Shown here piece after piece: positions 7,359 to 16,882 of a stretch of DNA of 64,000 nucleotides. Where the stretch lies: assembly GCA_020050355.1 (NCBI GenBank), contig JAGVKT010000036.1, forward strand, positions 1,115 through 65,114. Direction: 5' to 3'. Under the pieces are notes generated by a model. It did no database searches and was not told where the DNA came from. It saw only the letters and a program-made list of their open reading frames with translations. A program made the position numbers and the translations under genes. Positions within the stretch are counted from its first letter, which is position 1. Every line of letters starts with the position of its first letter. The stretch is from Gammaproteobacteria bacterium (GTDB lineage: Bacteria > Pseudomonadota > Gammaproteobacteria > Francisellales > CACEW01).

Positions 7359-7509
7359 AACCATACATCTAGACTTAACCCTTCCCAACAATGAAAGTAA
7401 CCCACATTCTGCTGACATAAAAATATGCGCACCAGGCGCCTGCCTTCAAGTGATTTATAAGTCAACGGATGAAATTTCTGAAATAAATAATCAAGAAAAA
7501 CAGGAGTAA
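7348..7509 (+). CDS. Small hypothetical phage protein (53 aa, below the ORF-track cutoff)
   Basis: Hand-translated ATG at 7348 to TAA at 7507-7509 (MTNKTIHLDLTLPNNESNPHSADIKICAPGACLQVIYK...). It fills an otherwise empty gap and overlaps the upstream gene by 11 nt. Confidence 0.35.
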   Translation: MTNKTIHLDLTLPNNESNPHSADIKICAPGACLQVIYKSTDEISEINNQEKQE

Positions 7510-7512
7510 AAC

Positions 7513-7731
7513 ATGTTCAAATTTTTAAAGTTTGTAAGTATAGAGAAATACGAAAACCAAAAAGCATTAACCCAAACCTGGAAAGATAAATTCGATAAAC
7601 AAATTCAAGCACATCAAAATACCATCTTAGTTAAAGACAAAGCCTATAGAGAATTAAAAGCACTCTATGATGATGCAATTAAAAAACTTGAAGACATGAA
7701 AGAGAATGAAAAAAAAGGAACTGCAGAATGA
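7513..7731 (+). CDS. Hypothetical coiled-coil phage protein (72 aa)
   Basis: AGGAG RBS; charged heptad-like sequence; 4-nt overlap with the next gene. Confidence 0.45.
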   Translation: MFKFLKFVSIEKYENQKALTQTWKDKFDKQIQAHQNTILVKDKAYRELKALYDDAIKKLEDMKENEKKGTAE

Positions 7732-8012
7732 TATTACCTATTGCTACCCGCATTTTAATAAAACCCATCATTATGCATGCAGAAACTAAAACCGAAGGCG
7801 GTATTATTATCGCAAACATCGTAAAACCAACTCAAAATAAAGGAGAGGTTTTAGCAATAGGGCCAGATGTTACATTAGTCAAAAAGGGCGATATCGTCTA
7901 TTACACCAAACATGCTGGATTAGAAATATTAAACAATAACGAAATGCATCTCATCATAAATGAAGGAGATATTTTAGCAATTATAAAGGATGATCATGTT
8001 AGTCAAGAATAA
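7728..8012 (+). CDS. GroES/Cpn10-like co-chaperonin (phage-encoded)
   Basis: By-eye alignment to E. coli GroES along the whole length: P-x-x-x-R-[IV]-L-I-K, ETKTEGGIII, KGEVLAIGP, VKKGDIV, EGDILAII. Confidence 0.8.
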   Translation: MILPIATRILIKPIIMHAETKTEGGIIIANIVKPTQNKGEVLAIGPDVTLVKKGDIVYYTKHAGLEILNNNEMHLIINEGDILAIIKDDHVSQE

Positions 8013-8202
8013 CCAAGTAATAATGGATTTTAAAGAAATAGAAGAAGCAAAAGCATTTGCTTCACTCTGTTGGGATGTAAAACGTATATTTGAATCATTT
8101 CCCCAATATATAGACGTAAAGTTTACTCCCGAAAAAGCATTGCTTTTGCTTTTACAACAAGCAGCTACAGAAGTTTCAGATTTAGCAGATCATCCCCCGT
8201 AG
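7990..8202 (+). CDS. Hypothetical phage protein
   Basis: ORF only; the true start may be an internal Met. Confidence 0.35.
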   Translation: MIMLVKNNQVIMDFKEIEEAKAFASLCWDVKRIFESFPQYIDVKFTPEKALLLLLQQAATEVSDLADHPP

Positions 8203-8245
8203 ATGACTAAAATTAGGTTTAAAATAAACACAAGGAAAATAAATC

Positions 8246-8578
8246 ATGATGCAACCCAGATTTAAAAAAAACGAAAGAGTTTTTTATGTACATATTCCAG
8301 CTAAAAGAGATTTAGTTACTGGAACTCTAAAGCCAGAAAAAGCTCGCCCGGCTACTGATCTTGTCGATGAACATTATTGGCCCCACCAAGGAAGTGGTTT
8401 AGAAATCATTTATAAACTCGTATCACGCGGTAAAAAAATAAATCAAAAAGAACTCTATTCCAATAAAGACGATTGTCAAGCCGCGTGCGATAAAATCAAT
8501 GAAGAATTATCAAAAGTATCAGAAATAAAACCTAAAAAAATAGAAAAGTCAGCCGCCTTGAATACTATGACTACTTAA
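8246..8578 (+). CDS. Hypothetical phage protein (110 aa)
   Basis: ORF with an AAGGAAA RBS-like sequence; no motif. Confidence 0.4.
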   Translation: MMQPRFKKNERVFYVHIPAKRDLVTGTLKPEKARPATDLVDEHYWPHQGSGLEIIYKLVSRGKKINQKELYSNKDDCQAACDKINEELSKVSEIKPKKIEKSAALNTMTT

Positions 8579-8588
8579 GTACTATGAA

Positions 8589-8951
8589 ATGCCCCTCATC
8601 AATACGTTGCGATATTTAAGAAAAAAAAAGAAATGGTCGCGTGATTTTGTAGCGGTTGAAAGTAATATATGCGTGCGTATTATTCGCTATTATGAAGTAG
8701 GGGCAATTTCTATTTCTCTAAAAAATGCAGAACGTTTATCCGAATTATTCGAAGTAGATGCGAGTCTTATCGTAGGTAAAAATCAAAAAGTATTTATCTC
8801 AGATGAAGAATATGAAGAACTGATCCCTCCTTTAACGCATAGGGAAATGCTGATGACTAAAATGCAGCAATTTATTAGTGGAACTTTACCCAAATGTTCA
8901 CTTAAGGAAATTTACATGGAGGTGATTGTTAATGGTCATAAAGGTGATTAA
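8589..8951 (+). CDS. XRE-type HTH protein, last gene before the late promoter (candidate late regulator)
   Basis: HTH-like WSRDFVAVESNICVRIIRYYEVGAISISLKNAERLSELFEV. Confidence 0.5.
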   Translation: MPLINTLRYLRKKKKWSRDFVAVESNICVRIIRYYEVGAISISLKNAERLSELFEVDASLIVGKNQKVFISDEEYEELIPPLTHREMLMTKMQQFISGTLPKCSLKEIYMEVIVNGHKGD

Positions 8952-9038
8952 TGTTTTTAGAAAATAATTTTAGAAATTCAAACTTTTTTATTGCCCTAGC
9001 CCAACATTTAATGCCTGATTCTACGATTTATTCAAAAT

Positions 9039-9067
9039 AAATAATAAATACCATTCAAATATTGCCA
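9039..9067 (+). promoter_or_regulatory. Conserved 29-nt late-operon element, copy 1, with a downstream sigma70-like promoter
   Basis: AAATAATAAATACCATTCAAATATTGCCA matches 22760-22788 at 27 of 29 positions. It is followed by TTGACT (9073-9078) and TATTAA/TTAATA (9093-9100), about 30 nt upstream of the ATG at 9127. Confidence 0.55.
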
Positions 9068-9126
9068 CCTCCTTGACTTCTAAATAGTTTGATATTAATA
9101 GCGCAATTTCAATTAGTTAGCGCTGT

Positions 9127-9354
9127 ATGCCCAAAAGTCTAACAGAAATACGTAAAGAACCCGGAAAAAGTAATGCCTATAAATACAAAGGCGTTGCCAA
9201 AAAAGACTTCGCTGGTCCCAGTGAAACTTACCCAATCAATACATTAAAACGCGCTAAATCAGCAATCAAATTAGCTCATAACTCCCCTCAAGAAGAAAGT
9301 ATCAAAGCACGAGCGCGTGCTAAATACCCACAACTCAAAAAAGGTAAAAAATGA
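9127..9354 (+). CDS. Hypothetical basic phage protein (75 aa), first late gene
   Basis: ORF downstream of the late promoter element. Confidence 0.45.
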   Translation: MPKSLTEIRKEPGKSNAYKYKGVAKKDFAGPSETYPINTLKRAKSAIKLAHNSPQEESIKARARAKYPQLKKGKK

Positions 9355-9485
9355 AAAAGCCCTCAGTAAAACACATCGACGAAGAAGCTGATAAAAAACT
9401 AGTTAATAAGATGCTCAAAAAAGAACGTGCGCGCGATAAAAAAGATGATGCACGGCAAATGAAAAAGATGATGCGCAAGAAATAA
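9351..9485 (+). CDS. Small Lys/Arg/Asp-rich protein (44 aa, below the track cutoff)
   Basis: Hand-translated MKKPSVKHIDEEADKKLVNKMLKKERARDKKDDARQMKKMMRKK; ATGA overlap with the upstream stop. Confidence 0.3.
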   Translation: MKKPSVKHIDEEADKKLVNKMLKKERARDKKDDARQMKKMMRKK

Positions 9486-9505
9486 CGGTTCCGAAAGGCT
9501 TATAT

Positions 9506-9985
9506 ATGTGCAATTTTGTTCCAACGGATGAACAGCGTAAAACTGCTTCACATTTATTATCACATGGCATATCCGGGGATAGAGCGCGTTTAAAAATAAT
9601 TAATCCCAGAACTAATAAACCCATCGATAAAGATACTTTTTATAAAGTATTTGCACGTGAGGTTGAATTAGCTGGATTGGAAAGAACAGGTCTTGTCGTT
9701 GATCGGCTTTATGAAAAAGCCTTGGAAGGGGATGTAGGTGCAATTTCTAAATATCTCTCTCTTCAAGGACGTGGAGCATTTAATAAACGCTTTGAATACA
9801 ATCCCGATGACCCTCCCTCTAAACAAATAGCTTCTGTAATCAAAGCAAGTTCTGATGGAATTATAGGCGCTCTTGAAACTTCTGAAATCGTTAATGCCAT
9901 AGCAAAACTCGTGACCGTCGTTGAAGTTGAAGAACTCAAAAAAGAATTTGCTGAACTTAAGAAACTCATGAGGAAGAAGAAATGA
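9506..9985 (+). CDS. terS: Terminase small subunit (candidate)
   Basis: Immediately upstream of terL and overlapping it by 4 nt. N-terminal FVPTDEQRKTASHLLSHGIS is an HTH-like motif seen in small terminases. Confidence 0.55.
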   Translation: MCNFVPTDEQRKTASHLLSHGISGDRARLKIINPRTNKPIDKDTFYKVFAREVELAGLERTGLVVDRLYEKALEGDVGAISKYLSLQGRGAFNKRFEYNPDDPPSKQIASVIKASSDGIIGALETSEIVNAIAKLVTVVEVEELKKEFAELKKLMRKKK

Positions 9986-11508
9986 GTTTAAACGCATTCA
10001 GAAATGAAATCAAAAATTTTAAAAACCAATATTTTTATGAAGCGCAACTTCCTGATATACAAATCAGTGATGATTATTATCTAACACAAACTCAGAACAG
10101 TCGTTTTTATGTTCCATCGCCAACGGGACTTGAGTTTCACAAAGATGATTCATTTTTTAAAGTGATCATGGGTCCTTTTGGATCAGGTAAATCTGTTGCG
10201 TGTTGCCATGAAATCATATTTAGAGCTTTTGGTATGCCAAAGTGTATTGATGGCATAAGGCGTTCTAAATGGTGTGTTGTACGTAATACCTATCGCATGT
10301 TGGAAATATCAACAGTACGTACATGGCTTGATTGGTTTGCCCATTTAGGTGAAGTGAAAATCACACAAAAACCCCCTTATTATTTTTGCGAGTTTTGGGA
10401 CGATCAAGGGAAGATAGAGTTAGAAATTGTATTTCTAGCTCTAGATCGCCCAGGACAATTAGAGAGTTTAAAGTCTGCTGAATTTACCGGTGCTTGGCTG
10501 AACGAATTATCAGGATTACAAGAAGCCGTATTTCAATTCATGAAGGGCCGTATTAATGGACGTTATCCATCAAAATCAATTTGTACAGAACCCTATTGGA
10601 CAGGAATTATTGCAGATACCAATCCACCTAATACCAGGAGTTGGGTCTATCGGATGTTTGAAAAAGAAAAACATCCAGAATTTAGAATGTTCAGACAGCC
10701 AAGAGGATTGATTAAGAATTCAAATGATCAATGGATTGATAATGTTGATGCAGATAATAAAAAGAATTTAGCACCTGATTATTATCAAAAAATGACTCTG
10801 GGTGCGTCTGAAGAATTTATAAAAGTATTTTGCTTGGGAGAGTATGGTTCTGTCTTAGATGGTAAACCCGTATATGCCGAATATAACGATGACATTCATA
10901 GTATTAACGGTCTTAAGCCCATTCCTGAAAATTATATTTATACCGGTTGGGATTTTGGACTTACTCCTGCATGTGTGGTTGCTCAACGCAATGTTAATGG
11001 GCGCATTCATATTTTAAAAGAATATGTTTCACAAAACATGGATCTTGAGCAGTTTATAAAAACAATTGTTAAACCGCGTTTAGCTGTTGATTTTAAAGAT
11101 TGTATTGTCCATGAGGGATGGGCAGATCCTGCAGGTACTCAAAAGGCACAAACGGACGGATCAACGTGTTTAGCCATTTTAAATAAATATGGATTTAATG
11201 TATCTCCAGCGCCATCTCAAGATCCAATTGTACGTCAAAAAGCAGTTCACGATTATTTGAATTTAATGATTGATGGTAAACCAGCGCTCATAGTGAATAG
11301 AGATGGATGTCAATTATTAAGAGAAGGTTTTCAGGGTGGTTATCAATATCGAAAACTTCATACGATTCAAGGTGAAAAATTCGCTGATTTTGTAGAAAAG
11401 AATGAATATTCACACCCTCATGACGCTTTGCAATACCTAATGTTGGGTATATCTGGTTATATCCCCGAAAAAGAACGTACGCAAGTTATTTACTTTGATG
11501 AGTTTTAA
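9982..11508 (+). CDS. terL: Terminase large subunit
   Basis: Walker A GPFGSGKS, Walker B-like AWLNELSG, and C-terminal nuclease-like WDFGLTPACVVAQ / WADPAG / HPHDALQY; 508 aa. Confidence 0.85.
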   Translation: MSLNAFRNEIKNFKNQYFYEAQLPDIQISDDYYLTQTQNSRFYVPSPTGLEFHKDDSFFKVIMGPFGSGKSVACCHEIIFRAFGMPKCIDGIRRSKWCVVRNTYRMLEISTVRTWLDWFAHLGEVKITQKPPYYFCEFWDDQGKIELEIVFLALDRPGQLESLKSAEFTGAWLNELSGLQEAVFQFMKGRINGRYPSKSICTEPYWTGIIADTNPPNTRSWVYRMFEKEKHPEFRMFRQPRGLIKNSNDQWIDNVDADNKKNLAPDYYQKMTLGASEEFIKVFCLGEYGSVLDGKPVYAEYNDDIHSINGLKPIPENYIYTGWDFGLTPACVVAQRNVNGRIHILKEYVSQNMDLEQFIKTIVKPRLAVDFKDCIVHEGWADPAGTQKAQTDGSTCLAILNKYGFNVSPAPSQDPIVRQKAVHDYLNLMIDGKPALIVNRDGCQLLREGFQGGYQYRKLHTIQGEKFADFVEKNEYSHPHDALQYLMLGISGYIPEKERTQVIYFDEF

Positions 11509-11510
11509 TT

Positions 11511-13643
11511 ATGGCAAAAAATAAGAAAAATACTAAAGGTTTAGAAAAGCGTAATGAAAAGATCAATGCTTGGTTTGATTATTTTTCAGATAACATTCAA
11601 ACCTATACCAATAACATTGAATTTGTAGAGGGTTCACAATGGAATCCTGATGAAGTTGCTTATTATGCTGCAAATGGTAAAACCCTTCTTACTGATAATG
11701 TACTCAATAAATTTGTAAAACAAATCATTGGTGAACAACTAAAAACCACCCCTGAGATGCAGGTGGTGGTTGATAGTGATCAGGTAAATCAAAAGAAAGT
11801 TGCAATCCGTTCTGATTTATTGCGCACAATTCAAATAAAGAACCACGCCAAAGAGTGTTACGAAATCGCTATCGAATGTTCGATGAAAGGGGGGTTCGGT
11901 GCTCTATGGGCTTATAACGATTATGACGATGGCATAACCTTTCAGCAGGTTGTTAAACAAGAACCTATCAAAAATCCTACTTTATGTTTTTGGGACCCAA
12001 AAGCAAAAAATAAAACTAAATGCGATGGGGATTACTGCGGGATGATTGACTATATGCGCAAATCTGAATTCAAGCGCAAACATCCCAATGCTGAACCAAC
12101 ATCTGAAGGATGGAATTCAGATCAAGTTGATTTAGATCGCATTATGTTAGAAGAGGATGATGAACTCATTCCTATAGCAACCATCTACGAAAAGCGCTTT
12201 TTTAAAAAAAGAATTCTTTTGGTAAAACCCACTATATCAGGGAAAGAATTTGATACTGTTCCTGCTGATCAATTTGATGAATACAAACAGCAATATTTAA
12301 ACAATATCCAATACATCAATGAAATATTGGGTATGAGTCAATCTCTTCAAGAGCCGCAAGTCATAGATGAACGGATTGTTGATGATTATAAAATAAAGTG
12401 TTATCGCCAAACTAAAGTAGAAGATCTCGAAGAATATGAATTCCCTGCGCGTGATTTACCCATTCAATATGTAGATGGGTATAGCTATTACGATAAAGGT
12501 AAGCAAACCATTAAATCTTTTACGCAAGATGCACATGATGCTCAAAAACTAGTTAATTATATTTATTCAGAAATTGGTCAAGCCGTACGTACTTATCAGC
12601 GTGTAACTATCATTGGCACGCAAAAGATGTTCAATGGCGCATTAAAGCAAATGAAGAATCCAGAAAAGCCTACTGCGTTCTTACCTATTGAACCTGATCC
12701 GGCATTTAACGGTGGGGTGCCAATGATTACCGACCCACATCCTGTGCCGGCAGAATTGTTTACAGCCTACCAAATGGCTGTTGCTTCTATACAAGATATT
12801 TTAGGGCGTACTGAGGCCTCTATGGGAGATCCTGGTAATGAGATTTCAGGCGTTGCTATAGAAAATCGCATTATGCAACAGAATACTGTTGTAAATAAGT
12901 GGTTTGATGGTCTTTTAAAAGCCATAGAACAACAAGGTCGTGTAGTTAATCAATTGATCAGTAATCTTTATGATCAACCTCGTTCAATGATGCTCTATAA
13001 AGAAAATAATAAAGCTTATAACGCCAATCTCAATCAGTTTAATCACCAAACAGGAGAAGTTGATAACGAAATCACAAATGAAGATTTTGAAATCAGAATT
13101 TCTGTAGGCGCTAATTACGAAATGATGCGTCAACAAGAGCGTCAATATCTCTTAGATATTTTACAACAATCTCAATTACCAGCTTTTGCGAAGATAGGGC
13201 ACTTAATCGCTAAATTATCTGATACACCGATTATGCCGCAAGTGGTTCAAGCCATTGAAACCATGATTGATCCACAAGTATTGGCTAAAGAAAAAGGATT
13301 GCCACCACCACCACCACCTCCCCCTCCTCCACAAGTAATGCTTGAACAACAAAAGATTCAGGCAGATATGCAAGCCACGCAGGTAAAAGTTATGCAAGCT
13401 CAAATCGACAAGATGAAAGCTCAGATGGAATTTTTAATGAGTATTTCCGAATTACAAGGTAAGGGTGTTGAAGCACAAGCAGAGGTACAAAAAGCTGCTA
13501 TGGAAGCCGGAAGAGATTTATCGCAACACCACGTCGATATGGTTGGACATGGTGTAGAGACCTTAGGTCACTTAAAAGATTTAGCTGCGTTATCGCAGCA
13601 ACCATCCACACAGCAGGAGTTAAATGCTGGAGCGCAAACGTGA
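11511..13643 (+). CDS. Portal protein (candidate), with a C-terminal decaproline and coiled coil
   Basis: 710 aa ORF directly after terL. Called from size and position only; no motif-level recognition. Confidence 0.65.
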   Translation: MAKNKKNTKGLEKRNEKINAWFDYFSDNIQTYTNNIEFVEGSQWNPDEVAYYAANGKTLLTDNVLNKFVKQIIGEQLKTTPEMQVVVDSDQVNQKKVAIRSDLLRTIQIKNHAKECYEIAIECSMKGGFGALWAYNDYDDGITFQQVVKQEPIKNPTLCFWDPKAKNKTKCDGDYCGMIDYMRKSEFKRKHPNAEPTSEGWNSDQVDLDRIMLEEDDELIPIATIYEKRFFKKRILLVKPTISGKEFDTVPADQFDEYKQQYLNNIQYINEILGMSQSLQEPQVIDERIVDDYKIKCYRQTKVEDLEEYEFPARDLPIQYVDGYSYYDKGKQTIKSFTQDAHDAQKLVNYIYSEIGQAVRTYQRVTIIGTQKMFNGALKQMKNPEKPTAFLPIEPDPAFNGGVPMITDPHPVPAELFTAYQMAVASIQDILGRTEASMGDPGNEISGVAIENRIMQQNTVVNKWFDGLLKAIEQQGRVVNQLISNLYDQPRSMMLYKENNKAYNANLNQFNHQTGEVDNEITNEDFEIRISVGANYEMMRQQERQYLLDILQQSQLPAFAKIGHLIAKLSDTPIMPQVVQAIETMIDPQVLAKEKGLPPPPPPPPPPQVMLEQQKIQADMQATQVKVMQAQIDKMKAQMEFLMSISELQGKGVEAQAEVQKAAMEAGRDLSQHHVDMVGHGVETLGHLKDLAALSQQPSTQQELNAGAQT

Positions 13644-13675
13644 AGCTTAAAACACGGTGATAAATAGGAGAAATT

Positions 13676-14788
13676 ATGAACACAAAATCAAATAATGCGG
13701 GTCAATTAAGTCAGGATCAATTGGATCAGCAAGAACTTGATAGAGCTTTTAATGAAATGAACGGTATCAAACCCGAAGATGCGGCACAAACGCCAGAACC
13801 TCAACAAGAGGAGGTTTTAGACGATATACTGCCGGCAAATGAAGGGGAAGTTGATACTACAAATGATGATCTTCTTACTGAAGTTTCTGAAGAAGCGCAA
13901 GAAAAGCCTGAGGGTGATGTGCTTGAGGATGACGAGAAGAAGGACGAAGCAAAATCAGATGATTATGTGGATTTAGAAAATTCTCCTATAGAAGATGACG
14001 AAACCCTGATTAAACCTGATGATCCAGTCGGGGTACAAAAACGTATCGGTAAGGAAGTTCAACGCCGTAAGGTATTGGAAGCAGAAATTGCGCAGATGAA
14101 AGCTCAGCAAGAGCAATTGATGCGCATGGTGATGGGGCAAACGCCTAATAGTGTAGTACCAGGAATGATGCCCACTATGCAGCCTAATGTTGCGCAACAA
14201 CAGCAACAAGTGCCATTTGTACCTCCTCCACTACCAAAACCTTATGAAGAGATGAATGAATTTGAACGCTTTGAATATTTCAACCAGGTAAAAGTGGCTG
14301 AAGCACAAGCAAAACAAATGCATTCACAGCAACAGGTGCAACAGCAAAGACATCAAGCTGATTTAGGAAAAGTCTTAAATCAATTGAGACAAAACCTTGA
14401 TGATCCAGTCATTAATGAACTCTATACAAAAAATGGAGGGAATTTAACTGAGCACATGCTTGCGCCTTTAGTGGACTACAAAAACGCTGCGTCATTGATT
14501 CGTTATTTTCACGTAAAGCACAACGCAGAGCTGGCCTTATTAGCGACGAAACCTCCTCATGAGCAAGCAAGAGGGATCGTTCGCTTAGCTGAACGCGTAA
14601 ATCTTGAAAGAAGACAATCTTTTGAGAAAAAAGCAAATGCTAAAAAGCCAGTTCCTGCGGGAAAAACAACAAGTGCCGCTGCACCAAAAGCATTTGCTAA
14701 GAAGGATATTTATTCCGATCAGGCATTGTTAGAAAAAGCAGCGGGAAATCCAAAACTTTGGGATCAATTAATAGCAAAGGGCTATTGA
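13676..14788 (+). CDS. Scaffolding protein (candidate)
   Basis: Acidic N-terminus and Gln-rich coiled-coil middle; lies between portal and capsid. Confidence 0.5.
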   Translation: MNTKSNNAGQLSQDQLDQQELDRAFNEMNGIKPEDAAQTPEPQQEEVLDDILPANEGEVDTTNDDLLTEVSEEAQEKPEGDVLEDDEKKDEAKSDDYVDLENSPIEDDETLIKPDDPVGVQKRIGKEVQRRKVLEAEIAQMKAQQEQLMRMVMGQTPNSVVPGMMPTMQPNVAQQQQQVPFVPPPLPKPYEEMNEFERFEYFNQVKVAEAQAKQMHSQQQVQQQRHQADLGKVLNQLRQNLDDPVINELYTKNGGNLTEHMLAPLVDYKNAASLIRYFHVKHNAELALLATKPPHEQARGIVRLAERVNLERRQSFEKKANAKKPVPAGKTTSAAAPKAFAKKDIYSDQALLEKAAGNPKLWDQLIAKGY

Positions 14789-14808
14789 TCTCCCGCTAGG
14801 AGAAAATA

Positions 14809-16074
14809 ATGACAATTACAGTTCCAAGTTATGCGTCACCTACATTAGTTGCTAAACGTATTGCGCAGTGGTTTTACACCATGAGCCCAATTGTTAAAAC
14901 GGCTTATAAAGGTTATGCAAATATGTTCGACAATAACAAACTTTCAACACCAGGCACTACTTTTAACGTAGCGTTGGATAACCGTTTTACTTTGCAACGA
15001 AGCGATGCGATTACGCTAGAAGGTATTGTTGATAGAACGGTACCTGTAACCGTACAGAACCCTTATCGTATGGGTGCTGCATATACTACAACTGCACAAA
15101 AATTATTGATTCGTGATCTTGATCAGCAAACGATTAAGCCCATGTCTGCAACAATCAGTGCGGGTATCGAACAGGATCTCATCTCTCAATTTGAGTTATA
15201 TGGTTATAATTTCCAAGATTTTACAACCACTTATAATTCAAGCACATCGGGTATTTTGGATACACCAGCAAAAGTAGGCCAGATTGCTACTTTCTTCAGA
15301 GAGTATTCAATTGATGCTGTTATTCCCTGGTATGGTTCTATTCGTCCCAATAACTATCAAGCAATGGTTGATGGTTTCCCATCTTCCTTCTATCCAAAAA
15401 CCAACGATAGCGTATTGCATGATGACATCAAATCTAAAGATGTTAAACGCATCAATAGTTTTGATTTAATGTGGTCAGAAGTACTCTATAAACACGTTGG
15501 TGGTACAGCTGGTGGAGCAACAGGCGTAACTTTAAATGCAACCGTATCAAGCGGTACAAGCATTACACTTGCGGGTTTAACCCCGGGTCTAACTTTTGCA
15601 GTAGGTGATCGTTTAGTATTTCCTGCATCTTATAAAGTTAATCCAGTAACACGCGATGATATTACTAACTCAAACTTCCAAGCTGTTGTAGCCGCAGCTG
15701 CGACTGTAGGTGGTGGTGGTACTGTTACCTTAACCATTTATGTAGGTCCAGGTGGTCTGAATGCTAATACAGATGATCCAAATAGAAACTTAAATCGTGC
15801 TTTAACTTCGGGCGATTCAGTGCAGATTATTAGTGAATTCTGCTTAAACTGTTTCTATACAGGTAATGCTGTATTGTTTGCGCCGATCGATCAAGCTGCA
15901 TTTGATGTTGCACCAAATCAACGTGGCGCTGAGAGTGATCCGCACAGTAAGTTGAAATTCCGCGTAACTTACTTCCCTTCCCCAGGTACAAACCAAAATA
16001 CCGTCTATGTCGATGCATTGATGGCAATGGGTATTGCTCCTGAAGGAACAAGCATTGCATTAACTGATAACTAA
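14809..16074 (+). CDS. Major capsid protein (candidate)
   Basis: 421 aa; strong AGGAGA RBS; position in the terL-portal-scaffold-capsid order. Confidence 0.6.
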   Translation: MTITVPSYASPTLVAKRIAQWFYTMSPIVKTAYKGYANMFDNNKLSTPGTTFNVALDNRFTLQRSDAITLEGIVDRTVPVTVQNPYRMGAAYTTTAQKLLIRDLDQQTIKPMSATISAGIEQDLISQFELYGYNFQDFTTTYNSSTSGILDTPAKVGQIATFFREYSIDAVIPWYGSIRPNNYQAMVDGFPSSFYPKTNDSVLHDDIKSKDVKRINSFDLMWSEVLYKHVGGTAGGATGVTLNATVSSGTSITLAGLTPGLTFAVGDRLVFPASYKVNPVTRDDITNSNFQAVVAAAATVGGGGTVTLTIYVGPGGLNANTDDPNRNLNRALTSGDSVQIISEFCLNCFYTGNAVLFAPIDQAAFDVAPNQRGAESDPHSKLKFRVTYFPSPGTNQNTVYVDALMAMGIAPEGTSIALTDN

Positions 16075-16093
16075 TGCTTTAAGGGGATAGATC

Positions 16094-16873
16094 ATGCCAG
16101 TAATGACCGTCAATAGTTTAGCGTTTGTGAGAGAGGCCTATGAATCATGGGGGATTATCAGTGATTTTGATACATTGTCTGATCCCATGTACGTCAGAGG
16201 ATTATCTTATTTAAATCAAATTCTTGCTAAAGATCAGGCTAATGGCATATCTATCCCTGCTTATGCGCAATTGAATTTTAATTTAATTGCAGGACAAGCA
16301 TTTTATGAAATATCCAATAATATAGGTGCCGAGGTTGCATCAAATCCACTTATGGATTTGGAAGACGGCGTCATCCTTTATTCAAATTTGATTCAATATC
16401 CAATTTTAGATGTTAAGAGATCCGAATTATTAGGGATTCCATTAGCCGTTAATACTCAGTCGTGGCCTTCTCAAATGCTCTTGTATAAATTCAAGCGAAT
16501 AACAGGAGATAGAGATGCACCTATCGTTACGATGTCCGATGATCCAAATAGTTGTGTATTACGTTTTTATCCAGTTCCATCACAAACTTTTCCAGTAATT
16601 ATTTATGCAAAAAGGGTATTAGATAGTGTTGAAAAAAACCAAGATATTTCTATTCCTCCTCATATGCTTATGTATTTACGTTATAGCTTGGGACAAGAGC
16701 TCACGCGTAAATATGAAAACTCTGTATGGAAGCCAGAGGATACACAAACGCTTATAGAATTAAGAGAGATGTTTAAGTCGGGGAATGAAATTGATAATTC
16801 CCTTGATCAATCCCCAACGTTGCAATCTGGTGCGCCAAGTCGCCCGATGGCTACCAATGTGCCTTATTACTAG
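16094..16873 (+). CDS. Virion structural protein (head-tail adaptor or tail tubular A-like, uncertain)
   Basis: Position after the capsid gene only. Confidence 0.4.
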   Translation: MPVMTVNSLAFVREAYESWGIISDFDTLSDPMYVRGLSYLNQILAKDQANGISIPAYAQLNFNLIAGQAFYEISNNIGAEVASNPLMDLEDGVILYSNLIQYPILDVKRSELLGIPLAVNTQSWPSQMLLYKFKRITGDRDAPIVTMSDDPNSCVLRFYPVPSQTFPVIIYAKRVLDSVEKNQDISIPPHMLMYLRYSLGQELTRKYENSVWKPEDTQTLIELREMFKSGNEIDNSLDQSPTLQSGAPSRPMATNVPYY

Positions 16874-16882
16874 GATAACGCT

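Noticed and set aside
9415-9997. Minus-strand ORFs (9415-9624, 9668-9997, 9763-9969) opposite terS
   Set aside because: They are antisense to a coherent plus-strand operon and have no RBS or motifs, so they are shadow ORFs.
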